A DNA stretch of 64,000 nt from Takakia lepidozioides (lineage: Eukaryota > Plantae > Bryophyta), in assembly GCA_030704615.1 (NCBI GenBank), contig CM060732.1, positions 11,842,001 to 11,906,000 of the forward strand, in the 5' to 3' direction. Of the stretch, positions 1-12,255 are shown piece after piece. The position numbers and the translations under genes are program-made. The notes below the pieces were generated by a model. The model had not been told where the DNA came from. It saw nothing but the letters and a program-made list of their open reading frames with translations, and searched no databases. Positions within the stretch are counted from its first letter, which is position 1, and the number at the start of each line of letters is the position of its first letter.

Positions 1-250
1 AACCGTTCCCTGTGAACGTTTGTGAACGGGCTTGTGATGATGCTGATAGGATAGGCTGTGATAGACTGTGTCACTGTGCTTGTGACAAAGCTTGTGACTG
101 ACTGTGATAGGCTGGTGTAAGGCGTGTGACAAAGCTGTGTAAGGCTGTGACAAGTTTGTGTCAGGCTGTGACAAGCTGTGTAAGCCTGTGACTGACTGTG
201 TGAGCCTGCCTACCACCCCTAAGGCCTGCGTCTGTCACCCCTAAGGCCTC
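1..250. repeat. Degenerate low-complexity TGTGA/GCTGTG tandem repeat tract, probably part of a transposon
   Basis: Recurrent (c)tgtga, ggctgtg and tgtgacaa units with no ORF. Confidence 0.5.
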
Positions 251-1789
251 TGTTGGTCTGAGTCTACCATCCGTAAGTCTGTGCAAAAATTAAGGGTACC
301 CCACCAAACCCGTTAAAACTGTCTAAGTCCCAGACAACCCTCTAATAGGGTCACCATGCATTTTGACCTCCACCGTGGCACCACAAACTTTGCCAAGTCC
401 AGGTCTCTTGCCCCCCGGGATTTCTTCTTCTTTTTCCCACCTCTCCCTTCTTTGCATCCTCCTTCCCCTGCTCCTTTGTTACCCCACTGCCCTCCCCCGC
501 ATGCCCATGAGCCCCTTTCATCTCCACGGGACTTCTTCTTTCTTCTTTTCTTCTCGTGCCCCTTCTCGACACTATCTCCCTTCCCCTTCCCGGTTACTCC
601 TCTCTCTCATTCTCCCTCTCCCTTCTCTCTCTCTCGTCGGCAGCCCCTTCATTTGATGGCAAAAGGGACCTCGGGAGCTCGAGCTCTCTTCTTACTTACC
701 TTTGGTGTTTGGGTCCTTCACAAACACCACGTGCCCTCCCTCATGGGCAACCTCACTGGGGTGCACCAATGAGGCCAAGACGAATATAACCCCCCCAAAT
801 CAAAAAAAAAAACAAACAACAAGACAAACATGCATGTAAAGCAAAGGACAAAACATGCAATGGACAAGGTGCGACGGATGTACCTTTGCAACCTTGGCCG
901 ACTCGCCCCCGATGTCACCCGATATGGGAGGAGTCCCCACTACCGGAAGTCCCCGCACTCTCCCCTCCCGGAGCGACGGTGGAAGTAAATTCCACAACAC
1001 CATAGCCCTCGGCAGTAACCCCGTAGTCCAGACCCTTCTTTGCTGACCGCTCAGGCTCTCCGGGTGACGTCGCTGACCGGCTAGGCTCTCCACCAGCCCC
1101 TAGCTCCTCCCTCCCCGCCCCCCCCCCCCCCCCCCCCCCCCCCACACTCTTGGCTACGGTGAGCCCCTCTCCAACTCAGCCATGCATCGGCCATTCCTCC
1201 TCAGCTCCCCCTCAGGGAGACAGTGGGATAGGAACGAACACTTCCGGGGCCCTCGAACCTGACCTTGGGCCTTGGCAAGTGCAGCCTTTTGCTGCGGAGG
1301 AAGGGGTCGCTACAGGGGCTGAGATCCAAAAGCTTGCCCAACCGGGTAACCGAATGGGTGATGCGCTTGCCAAGGTACATTAGGTAAATTTCAGCCGGCT
1401 TGGGGGGGGGGGGTATGCTGAACTGAGCCACGGGAACATTATCCGCTAAGCAACAACCTCCCGAGTAGGAGAGCTGGCTGGGGCCGGCCCTGGCGCATCC
1501 AAGACAGGGGAGAATGGGAGGGGGGGGGGGGGGGACTGGCCTCAGCTGCGGGCGAACCTGGGCGACACGGCAGTCAATGGGGCTGGTAACCCGTAAGGTG
1601 CCAGCCCGCATCACACGTCCCGGGATATGAAACGGGTTCACTGCGCCTTTCTTTGGGGCAAGGGACTTCTTCTCTTTCCCCATACTCTTGGCACCTGTCA
1701 TGCAATGGAGACATTAGGCCTTCGTGGAAACAACCTCTAGATTCCAGATCAAAAAAAAAAAAAACAAGCATGTATGTCCCTCTCTCCCT

Positions 1790-2345
1790 CTCTCCCATCA
1801 GGATGTGGAGAGAGAGGAGAGAGAGGGAATGCAGAGGGAAAAAAATAAAAATAAAATAAAAAATGGGGGGGGGGGGGGGGGGGGGCTAAGCAGCAGAAGC
1901 TGCTCAGTCACCCCCCCCACCTTCTTTTCTTGTTTTTTTTTCCTCAGCACTCCCCTCTTCTCTCTCTCTCCCTGTCTCTCACTCTTTTCCCTCATCTCTC
2001 CCTTTGTCCAATTAGGATGTGGAGAGAGAGGGAGTGCTGAGGGAAAAAAAAAAAGAAAAAAAAGAAAAAGTGGGGGGGGTTGGGGGGGTGAACTGAGCAG
2101 CAACACTCCCTCTCTCTCCCGTTGTCCCTTTCTCTCCCTCTTTTCACTCATCTCTCCCGGTTCCAAAAGTGTGGAGAGAGAGGGAGAGAGGAGAGAGAGA
2201 GATGAAGGGAAAAAAAACAAAAAAGAAGGGGGGGGGGGGAGTGACTGAGCAGCAGCAGCTGCTCAGTCACAACCCCCCCCCCCCCCCACCTTTTTTTTTT
2301 TTTTTTTTTTCCCTCTCTCCCTCTCTCTCCATCTCTCTGCAATCC
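1790..2345. repeat. Three modules of homopolymer/microsatellite foldback repeat
   Basis: Modules read (GA)n-An-Gn-[ctgagcagc core]-Cn-Tn-(CT)n. Perfect 13-bp stem gtgactgagcagc/gctgctcagtcac at 2241-2270. Confidence 0.6.
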
Positions 2346-3249
2346 TTGGCAGATTGGTTTTTTTATTTTTATGCTCCTTTAAACACCCTGTAAACTTTCT
2401 GTTCAGGGTAATAAAGTGGCTGACCTATGATCTAAAGTTCTCTAATCAAGTAATAAGGTGGCAAACCTAGTTTGGGCTACTGATCAATAATAAGCCCATA
2501 GACAGGGCACGTGTCAACCTACTACAATGGACAAATGTCATGACTGATTGTTTTGAGCGGGCTAAGTACTTGGAGATTTCCAGCTCTTCTATCTTGGAGT
2601 TTCCACCACGGATAGCTAAGGGATGGGTGAGTAAAAACCGTTCAACATTTGGCGACCATACTGGGGAATTGATTCAGGAACAACCAGATGTGACATGCAT
2701 CTGGTGGGATCATGGAGGATGGAGAATATTTTTTTTTGATATGAATCAAATTCCCTATAAACTGAGAAAGAAAGATTGTCCAAAACATTCTTTCAGAAGT
2801 TCTTGGAATTGCCAGACGGTTGCAAGGAAAATTCTCTCAAGAGAATGCATGATGCTGATCCAGAGTGGGGTCTGGAAAAAAAAGTGATAAAGATTTATCA
2901 AGTGGCCTATAAAGGGAGAGCGAGATGGTTATCAACACTGGTTTATGTGATAGTGTTGTTATCCATTAAACGAGTAGAGTTTGAAAGCTGGGAAGAATCA
3001 AGAGTGAATGTTTACACTCATATGCATGAAGAGCTTGAATTGGTAAAGAATTGGATTCCAAAGGATATCCTTTGGATCAAGCTTACACCAAAAAAAGCTT
3101 TTCAGACCTGCCTACCATATGGTTATATGGTAACGGAGTCTTCTAGTCTAGCCAAAGGTGCATTAAAGCTTGAAAGAAATCCAGGCATATACGAGAGATA
3201 CTACAGGAGAGAGTTTTGGTTATTGCCTCATCAAAGACATGAAAGACAT

Positions 3250-3830
3250 GGGCCAGTGAACCGCCTGACTAGGAGAGACTCTTACCCTATGCCATTAATT
3301 CATGATGTTTTGAACCAATTGGGAAAGCCAAGTGGTTTTCTGCACTGGATCTGCAATCTGGTTTTTGGTAGATCAAAATGGATGACCAAGACATAAGCAA
3401 AACGGCGGTGATTACAAAGAAAGGATTGTATGAATGGCTGGACATGCCATTTGGGCTAAAAAATGCCATTGCTACTTTTCAGAGGGCAATGAACAGGGTG
3501 CTTAAGGAAGAGATTAAAGATTGTGCTAAGGTCTTTGTAGATGATGTTAACATCCATAGCAAGGACTGGGCAGATCACATGGGGCACATAAAGAGAGTGT
3601 TGAAGAAGCTCAGAAAGGCCCATCTTAGGCTCAATCCGGACAAGTGTTACTTTGCCAACTTGCAGTTGGTATTCCTTGGACATGTGTGTCTCTGAAGAAG
3701 GAACTGGCCTGATCAAATAAGATAGCTGCAATTGAAAGGTTTCCCTTGCCCAAGAACTATATTGTTGTAAAAGTTATTTGGGGATGACAAGGTACTATAG
3801 GCCCTATGTCATAGTATAAGCATACGAGAT
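3250..3830 (+). mobile_element. Ty3/gypsy LTR retrotransposon reverse transcriptase, degenerate
   Basis: YPMPLIHDVLNQLG, then a frameshift to LDLQSGFW*, KTAVIT, YEWLDMPFGLKNA, VFVDDV, LRLNPDKC, FLGHV. Stops and frameshifts are present. Confidence 0.92.
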
Positions 3831-3849
3831 TGTGGGCTCAGCGTTTGCT

Positions 3850-4560
3850 GAGTACAACGGCCTTGGAACATCCCTCACAGTTGCCACACTGTGAGTTGCC
3901 TCCTTCTATTGTACCATTGCCCATTCTATCACTTTGACCAGACCCTTCAGTTTGTCTAACTCTCCAGGCACAGTCATGATCAGGTCCATGGGAGACAAGG
4001 ATATTCTCCCTTTGTAGAAGTGATTTAGGATTCTGGATTTGGTACCTCCTTCTACGGCAACCTTGAAATTGTTCTTTGGGTAAATCTCACTCTTGGTCTT
4101 GCTTGGCTGTTCACTACTCTCACCACTCCTCTCTGGTAACTCTGCAGGTTCAACAATAGGACTCTGGACAGGGATGCGGTTCCTTGGAAGCCTAACCTTG
4201 TTAATACTGTTTTGTGACATCAGATCTGTCATTTCTGCGAGTACATCGTCCTCATCATCCTAGAACACGTCTACAAAGTTAGTTCCAGGAGCTCCCATCA
4301 TAGTTTGGTCGAGTTTTCTACTGCACTCATTCTTAGTATGCCCTAGTACCTTGCAAAAGTTGCATCTCACACCATACATTTCCGTGGAATGCCCAAACCG
4401 GTGACATTTGTCACACTTAGCTTGGGTTCTTCCTTATGGACAATATGCAGCTATGTGACCCTCTTTATGACAAGTGTTACAAAGGCGAACACGAGGTGGT
4501 GTCCTAGATCCCGAGCTTTCTCCTATGACTGGTCCCCTATCATACTTCTGTAGGGTAGTG
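3850..4560 (-). mobile_element. Retrotransposon gag remnant with three zinc knuckles, opposite orientation to the RT
   Basis: Minus-strand 4320-4500 reads CNTCHKEGHIAAYC*, CDKCHRFGHSTEMY (degenerate) and CNFCKVLGHTKNEC. Continues toward ORF 3906-4232. Confidence 0.8.
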
Positions 4561-4859
4561 TTCATGATAACAATGCCGGGTACTTACATGATGGAGTAAG
4601 TTGACCCCTGGAGCCCAAAGTACGGGGCTGGTGCACTGCATGGCAGCAGCAGGGCGCCATAGCCGGGCCCCGCACAAATACGACATGCGCAGCAAGGACG
4701 TGAGGCCTGCTATTACCCAACGGACCCGCCTCGGCGGTGGGCCAGTAGCGCCGTGCCACGTGGCGCGGGCCGCGGGGCAGAGGCTTTAACCAGCGGATAA
4801 TTCGACGGACCACGCCAGGGGCCGCTGGTCCCTGGCCCGGGTCATTTTAAGGGGGTGTT

Positions 4860-5431
4860 TGATAACGGCTATGCTACGAGGGCCAGACAACGAGGGTCAC
4901 AACGGGACATACCGGGTAGTGATGAACGTACACTACCTGGCCACAAACAGAAACGGCTAAGTACGCGGTACTTAGCAAATGGCGGAACAAGGGTACATTA
5001 CCACGGGAGCAGTAGTGGGTAGTGTAGTAACCGTGGGCCGTGAACCACGATATCACACGGCCACGTTAGCATCGGCTTTAACCAATAGAGGGAGTAGTGG
5101 ACTGTTTACCACTATGGCTCACGACCACTGCAACGAGCCACTTTTTAGCAAACCTTTTAGGTTGCGTAGGTAGTTAGACAAACGGTCATTAACGACCGCA
5201 GATTGTAACGGCTCTTTCGAGCATAGTATAAAAAGGCTGCACGCAACTTAGAAGAGAGAGCAATATGAGTATAAGTATCAATGATCAGTATGTATTCAGT
5301 GTGTACTTCTGTGATGATGTGATGAACTCTGAAGTAAAGCCATGCTATTCGAAGTATCTCTGTGTAGAGTGAATTTGAGATGGAGAGAATGTGCATTATG
5401 AGAGAACGTGAGATGGTGAGAATGTGTATCA
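4860..5431 (+). mobile_element. Possible LTR preceded by a polypurine tract
   Basis: AAGGGGG just before TGATAAC (4860), TATA-like tataaaa at ~5227, candidate TATCA end at 5431. No partner LTR or clean TSD. Confidence 0.3.
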
Positions 5432-5769
5432 ACTCAGCATAATTTTTGTTTTGTCTTGACTACCATCTGCTTATCTGAACAAAGAGGCTTTAGTCCTTTC
5501 GACTAAGTTCTGTTATGCCAAAGAGGCTATAGATTAGGCTTAATCAATATGATTAAGCAGCCTATAGGGATATGGCTTCATACGACGTTCATAGCTTAGC
5601 TATCCTTAAAACGATTACTTTGTAATCGTTCCTGAAAGCATACCGTCGGACAACCTTTGTTGCATGTCTTAGGAAATGGGCAGTACTGTTGTTATCCTAT
5701 TTTGCCTATTTTGCATCATCGGGATTTGATGATCCAGTTCATCAAGAACTTTGAGCCAAGGACAGGAGT

Positions 5770-6195
5770 TACCTAGGTGAAGGGCGTAGATATACAAGTT
5801 ACTCCGCAGTACTTGCAACAGCTTTTTGAATTACCATCTGGTAATGTGAGCGTGGATGAGCACAGGGGAAGATTGCAAGTAGGGGATCTTTTCCAAGAAA
5901 CGAGTTTCTTCAGGAACCAAGGATTCACTTGCACCAAAGCCGAGTATCCAGGGTTGAGGGAAATTGGCCAGATACTAACATTCTGTTTGCCATGAAACAG
6001 AACCAACAGTATCTTAGCAGATTTTTTACGGAGGAGGTTCTGAAGGCTTTGAGTGGAGAGGATGTAGCTTGGGCGGAGATGATGCATAGTGGTCTGCTGG
6101 AGGAGATAAAATGATTACAGAATACTACTGCCAAGTCCCCAATTATTGTGTCTGGCCCAATTATTGCACATATCATCTTTGATTCTTGCTTGCTT
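5770..6195 (+). pseudogene. Retrotransposon accessory ORF remnant (plant transposon protein-like)
   Basis: VKGVDIQVTPQYLQQLFELPSG ... SGEDVAWAEMMH ... SGPIIAHI pattern, broken by a frameshift and stops. Confidence 0.35.
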
Positions 6196-8620
6196 GATGC
6201 GCAAGAACGCAAAGTAATGGGGGTGTTTGAGGCAGAACTGAAGGAATACTACCGGGAGTGGCATGCGAAGATTGTATGGTCTACCGATGAGCAGAGGCTC
6301 CTGAAGCTATCAAAGCTCCTCAATGATCCCAATAAGGCGTAAAAGTTTGATACAACAATGCCAGAGAAAGTTGCGCATGCGCGAATGTTATTCAACATGA
6401 GGGGGAAGCCAAGGAAATACAACGATCACACCACCAAGTCCGAGACGAAACAATGGAAGGTATGCATTTATGGAATGAAAATCTATTATTCACATTCATT
6501 TTATGCTAAAGTATACTTCTGTGGCCGGAGTGACACTAAATTTTTCTGTGGATGAATGTGCAGGAGTTCATGTTTGCTTGTCATTTGATACTTTAAATGG
6601 GTAGCATTAAGGAGGCAATGGTTCTGGTACTTTGCGACGATGACATTTGGAAGATCTGGGATGATATGTTCAAATGCTGGGAGCAGGGAAAGCTTCTTGA
6701 CCCGCTTGGTACAGTACAAGGGTGCTCAACAACAGCTCACGAAATCTGCTATCGCAAAGCTGCAAGGATTGAACAGATGGCAGCTGATAAAAGTTGCACA
6801 AGAAATCCTGGACTTGAAATTGAGCATTCAAGATTACAAAGGACAAGACAAATCCATTCAAGGCGTGAACAAGTACATAGACGACATGAAAATGCGCCGG
6901 TTTATTGTCGACGATGTTATGGAAGTGTTGGGGTGGCCTCGGAGGAGCAAACAGTGCACGAAACCATACACAAAGGACGAGTGGCATGAAGTGAAGAAAA
7001 AATACCACTTCAATAAGGCAGAGTTCTCAACATTTAAAGACAAACTGGGGACGGATTACATTCAAAGCAAGATTAAGATGAACATGGAGACAAAACCACT
7101 CACGGCCGTTTTTGTTAAGTACGTCTCCTCCATCAAGAAAGCTTATGAGGATAGAGAGGATGCAATGGCGATTATTTCAGCGAGTTTCAAGTCTCATTAC
7201 GCTCTCATGGGGGGGGGGGGGACCAAAATTTGCCAATGCCAAGTCCCGTGTGCGACTCGCACCGAGGAAACGGTTTGACAACATAGCGATGGTGTTCGTC
7301 AATATAGTTTCTGAAGATGACCCTGTGGTATTTGAGGCCAAGGACTATGTGAACATACTGGAAGTTTTTGTGGCTCGAAAAATGAACATGAGTGCTTTTG
7401 TTTTCTTCTCGACGCAACCGCCCTCGGCCAATCTGGTCTCCTACATCCAAAATGGTCCCGGAAGAACATTGTATCTTGTCTTGTGCCACGGATTTTATGT
7501 TCCGGGGGAGTATGAAAACGTTTACAAAAACAACACGAAGACTTTCTCTCGGACTGTCCTGTGCCTGGACTACGTTTTTCCAGCGACACCTGAGGAGATG
7601 CAGAATCCGGACGAGCACATCGCGACAGTGCACTTAATCGAGCCAATTCAGCCAATTCTTGAAGGGCCTTCTGGGAAGCCATCAGCTTTTGAAGAAGACT
7701 GCAAGACTTATACTCATGAGCTGCGAGGTGACACCTACGACTATTTGGCCTCCCTATTTTGTCGAGACGGGATGTCCGCTGTCAACATCTTCGGAGGCGT
7801 GATGTTGACGTACGCCCTTCATGTAAGTGTAAAACCTGTTTGCATTTCAAATACGTTTTTTACATTTTGCTTCGAACATGTCCTCTGTTTTACTGACTGG
7901 GTTTATTTGCAGGTAAGAAACATTCGAGTGCTTGACATCAACCACTCACCGAAAAAAAAAAATTGCAAAGGAAAAGTTGAAGCGAATTTTAAGAAGCTTC
8001 AAATTGAGAATGACAATGTTGCTGACGAGGTTGACGGTGGAGACGATGATGAGGATGAGGAAGTGGAGGATGAAGATTTGGAAGAAGAAACCATTCAAGG
8101 AGATGGAGGACATTCCGAACACAGGGAGGAGGACGAGGGCATCGAGGGTAACGAGGACAACGAGGGCCACGAGGGAATCAATGCAGACCCTTGGGAGGCT
8201 GGACACCTTGATGTGATTCAGGACTTCAGAACTCAGTCACTGGATGGACTTGAGAACCCCACGCAAGACGTTGCGGTCCACAAGGTCGTGATTCTTGACG
8301 GGGATTCGTCGAGTTCAAGTGTGAGAACTAAGAGTAATCCTCCTTCACCCTCAAGGAGTGGCGAGGCCAGCTCCATGGAGGTAGGCGGGAATCTTGTTCG
8401 GAGTACAGAAGAGTGATTCAAACCTGTAGAAGGGGACGAGTCGGCTCCAATGTCCCCGTCTCCCGCAAAAGACAGGGTAGAGAGAGCGAGGACTAAGAGC
8501 CCGTGTCCCACAAAACACAGCGGACACAGAGCGAGGACTTAGAGCCCGTCTCCCACAAAAGACAGGAGAGACAAGCTTCTTCCCTCTCTTCCCGCGCTTA
8601 TGAGGCTCTCCTTCTACTGA
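6196..8620 (+). pseudogene. Intron-containing transposon-associated gene remnant: ParB-like helical segment, degenerate permuted amino-methyltransferase-like domain, acidic and Ser/Pro tail
   Basis: GT-AG introns at 6460-6563 and 7823-7912 keep the frame. Lesions: TAA 6340, TAA 6594, frameshift ~6715, G13 run 7209-7221, TGA 8414. Motifs: IAMVFVNI and ELR..YDYLASLFCRDGMSAVNIFGG..ALH/VRNIRVLDIN. Confidence 0.5.
8455..8567 (+). repeat. 45-bp tandem repeat (~2.5 copies) encoding 15-aa SPSPxKDR..RARTK units
   Basis: Units start at 8455, 8500 and 8545, in frame with ORF 7112-8416 beyond its TGA. Confidence 0.8.
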
Positions 8621-10498
8621 ACCCTCTCCAATATCTCCCTTCCCACTACCCTCCCCCAACTCTCCGACTGTGAGAGGGGTATCCTCAATGCAAGGTTTCT
8701 TCTTCTTCTTGCTAAGGGGCTTTTCCACTATCTTTGTTTTCCCTCTCCCCACAACAGCCTCAACCTCCTCCTTCTCTCTCTCTCTCTCTCTCTCTCTACG
8801 TCTCTCTCCGGCTCCCTCGGCAATGACCAGAGGTCTCTCAAGGGCACGTGGCACCGGGTCCACAAATGGAGTCTGCAATTACAATGGGTTTTGTGAGGCC
8901 CTTGGCCAATCTCTGCAAGTTACATTGCTCCCGGTGCTTCTCCAACCACCGAGGTTAGGAGGGTTATGACACGTCAACGGGATTTGCTGATCAATGTACA
9001 AGAGAGAGAGAGAGGGTGGAGAGGGGTTCCATACGTGGGGAGGTAGCTAGGCCGCTTGGCCCAAATGATGCTCCTGTTGAAAGATTGGGGAGTTCTTCAT
9101 GGCATGATGCATCTCATGGTACCCAAGGTGCCTCTCCCGCTCATGTCCATGATACCTCCATTGGTGGCCAGTCCTCGGCCAGGAAGGGCCTCGCATTTGG
9201 CCAGTTCGCTGCTGTGACTCTAGCTAGTGGCAGTTGGGGTCAAGCCTCTCCCGAAGAGCAAGCACAACTCATGGCATCTTTGGCGGCAATGGGGGTTCCA
9301 TTGCCATCAATGGGACAACTTTTGGCACCTGAACTCGAGGTGCCTAAGATGCCCGCGCTCAGGCCCAGGGATACAATCGCCTCGGAGCATCATGAGGCCA
9401 ATATCTCTCTCGCCATTTTGTTGTATTGCCTACTGCATTCTTTTTGTTTTTGTTGTTTTTATTTGGTTTCATCCTAGGACCATCTTGATAAATCTTTATA
9501 TTACCCGTATACAATGCTTCTAACGAAGAAGAGAAGGTAGCGCTAGATACTGCAGGCCCAATGGTGGACTCATCAATAGTACCAGTAGTATCCGGCACAA
9601 GGGCCACTTCAATTACAACACCTTGGCCCATGAGGGGGGCATCATCATCAACACGGTGCTCGGGGGGGGCCACTGGTACTCTCGGGCTCATGAAATGAAG
9701 GAGCAAGCACAGGAGGAGGGGAAGGCCGGGGGGTCAAACCAGATTTCTTTCGTGTACTTGAGCGATACGGGTTTTCTTCTGGTTTTTTCCTTTTCTTTGC
9801 AGCAGAGGTCTTCTCCGAATCCTTGGCCATGTCTGAAATGAACTACAACATATAAATTCAAAGAAAATATCCTAAAAAGCATAATGAAGACTGTAGAGTA
9901 TTACATAGATTTTTATAGAGCAAAAAAGAATTATACACTAGAAAAGACACTACAATATATCAACATCAAATAAACCAATAAATAATTAAAAAACTACACC
10001 AAATACAGACCATGGGACATACAAGTAGAAATACAAAAAGTAGGATAACACAATAATGTAGCCGTTAGTGACGAGTCTTCTCTCACGAGCCCTGAATCAC
10101 AAAACACAGAGGTAGAGGCAAGGAGTACCAGACCCGAGCAAGAGGTCGGTAGCTGCTAGCGACCAGAGAGAAGCTGCCAACATCCGTGGGGCGAGGGGGT
10201 GAGACACGGAGGTCAGTCGCTGCGTGCACCATCGCGGCCAACTCCCCGTTCATGCGAATGTGATCAGGTAGGTCGTGAGAGAGACAGATGGCAGGGTTGC
10301 ACACGTCACGTCGGACCTGACGCTGACGCGACCAACGTCACGTTAATTTTGCCGAAAAATCAGTAAAACATGAGTTAGGTGAAAAATATGCCACGTACGT
10401 GGACACGTTGTATTCCAAGCGACACCTTGGCAAGTGAATGAATTATTTTATAAATTACTCCATCCGCTAATATTTGTAAAATCATTATTGTTAAATTG

Positions 10499-11165
10499 GT
10501 GCGACCTCCAAATGGTGGCGGTCGCAGAATTTATCTTATTTTTTTAATAGTTATGACCACCAGCAGAGGGGTTGTCGCAGTATTTTTGTTTTTTAAAAAT
10601 AGATGCGACCACCAGAAGGGGTGGTCGCATTTTTTTCTTTTCTTAAACAGTTGCGACCACCGCTACTGGTGGTCGCACAATTTTTATTTTATTTGTAATA
10701 GGTGCGACCACCATCACATTGGAGGAAGGGTGTTTGGTGTGCAAAATGCCAGAATGAAGGCCACACCACCACTGAATGCCACATGAAAGAGAAACACTGC
10801 ACTATCTATAGGTGCGACCACCGGCAGGGGGGTGGTCGCAACAATTTTTTAAAAAAAAATTTAAAATAATAATCTCTGTGACCACGAGCATGGGGATGGT
10901 CGCAACATTTTTCTTTTTTTTAATAGGTGCGACCACCAGCAGGGGGGTGATTGCAGCAATTTTCTGTTTTTTAATAGGTGCGACCACCAGCAGGGGGGTG
11001 ATTGCAGCAATTTTCTGTTTTTTAATAGGTGCGACCACCAGCAGGGGGGTGATTGCAGCAATTTTCTGTTTTTTAAATATCTGCGACCACCAGCATGAGG
11101 GTGGTCGCAACAATTTTTTTTTAAAAATAACATGCGACTTCCTCGTGCGACCTGAAGCGGTCGTA
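10499..11165. mobile_element. Array of palindromic TGCGACCACC...GGTGGTCGCA motifs, like a DNA transposon (CACTA/EnSpm) subterminal region
   Basis: About a dozen motif units separated by T/A-rich spacers. Near-perfect 51-bp tandem units start at 10921, 10972 and 11023. Confidence 0.65.
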
Positions 11166-11974
11166 GCATTGGATTCTGATTCGTCGAGCGTGTGAGGCTT
11201 GGAGGTTGGAGGGTATATAAGGTGGTCCCAATGCCCCTCACTTCTTTTGTGGCAAACACTTTTGTGGCGAGTGAATGTTCTCTATTCCTTGAGCAAGAGT
11301 GTAAGCCCAAGAGGAGGGTGCGGACCGTTTGCTGTTGTGGCTTTCACCAGAGCCACTGCAGCAAATTGTCGAAAAACACAATACTACATGGTGCATTGAT
11401 CCGCTTGGATTGATGCCGTAGTGTTGGGCCATCGCATTCTGTTCTAACTTCTATTGCTCTTGACAAATCTACCAAGTACACTAGTGTTCTTCGTTCAACC
11501 TTAAGTCTGCGGTTAGGGTTTTGGGTATGAGGATGAGGAAGGAGTGGAACCCTTGGTTCACTGTAGACCCGCACAAAAAGGACGGTGTTCAATATCTCTC
11601 GGTAGTGAGATTTGTGTCACAAAATGCCATCCAGTACTCCATATTGGCATCCTCAAACCAAATTGTTCATTGTCATAACCATGACATAGTTATTGGGTCC
11701 ACTTGTATCCCTAGGGTTCCACGTGTTCGGGCACTTCCACCTACTGCCCCAGATTTTGTTCCGATCACGCAGGTGGCGTTTTGCACGAGGAGGGCCTACT
11801 TATGGCTAAATTCCTATGCTAAGTTCTTGTTGCGGGAGACAAGGTAGCTCTTCCCTCTCATAGTTGTCATTGATGGCAAGGGCTAGAATGTAGTTGGTGG
11901 CATTGAAATGAAGGTGGGTGAGGGAGGGAGCTGGGTGAGGGAGCTGGGCGAGTGACAAAGTGCAAACTGAGGAC

Positions 11975-12255
11975 AACATTCTATAGTTTTGGCGTGGTGC
12001 TCTTAGAATCGTAGATGTCGCTTTTCTTGCGTACTGAAGGTGAGTGACAAAGTGCAGAGTGAGGACGATATCTACGAAATTCTAGATCCCAACTGCGGCA
12101 AGAGCTCGCAACAAGACATGATCGCATTCCTGAGAGTGGCCATGATGTGCACTAGTTTCAATCCCCGTGGACCGTCCGTCCATGTGCGACGTCATGCTCA
12201 TGCTTATGAAAGCTGCACCCACGCCAAGTGTGGACAGACTACAGCTAAAGCTTAA
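11975..12255 (+). pseudogene. Receptor-like kinase C-terminal fragment (subdomains IX-XI)
   Basis: YSFGVVLLE, then EILDPNCG..DMIAFLRVAMMCT..P, with a frameshift to DRPSMCDV. The rest of the kinase is absent. Confidence 0.75.

Noticed and set aside
351-2393. Numerous ORFs of 60-170 aa in the first 2.4 kb
   Set aside because: They are translations of homopolymer and microsatellite tracts with no recognisable domain
10499-11165. CRISPR-like appearance of regularly spaced palindromic repeats
   Set aside because: Spacers are low-complexity and repeated rather than unique, there are no cas genes, and the context is eukaryotic TE debris
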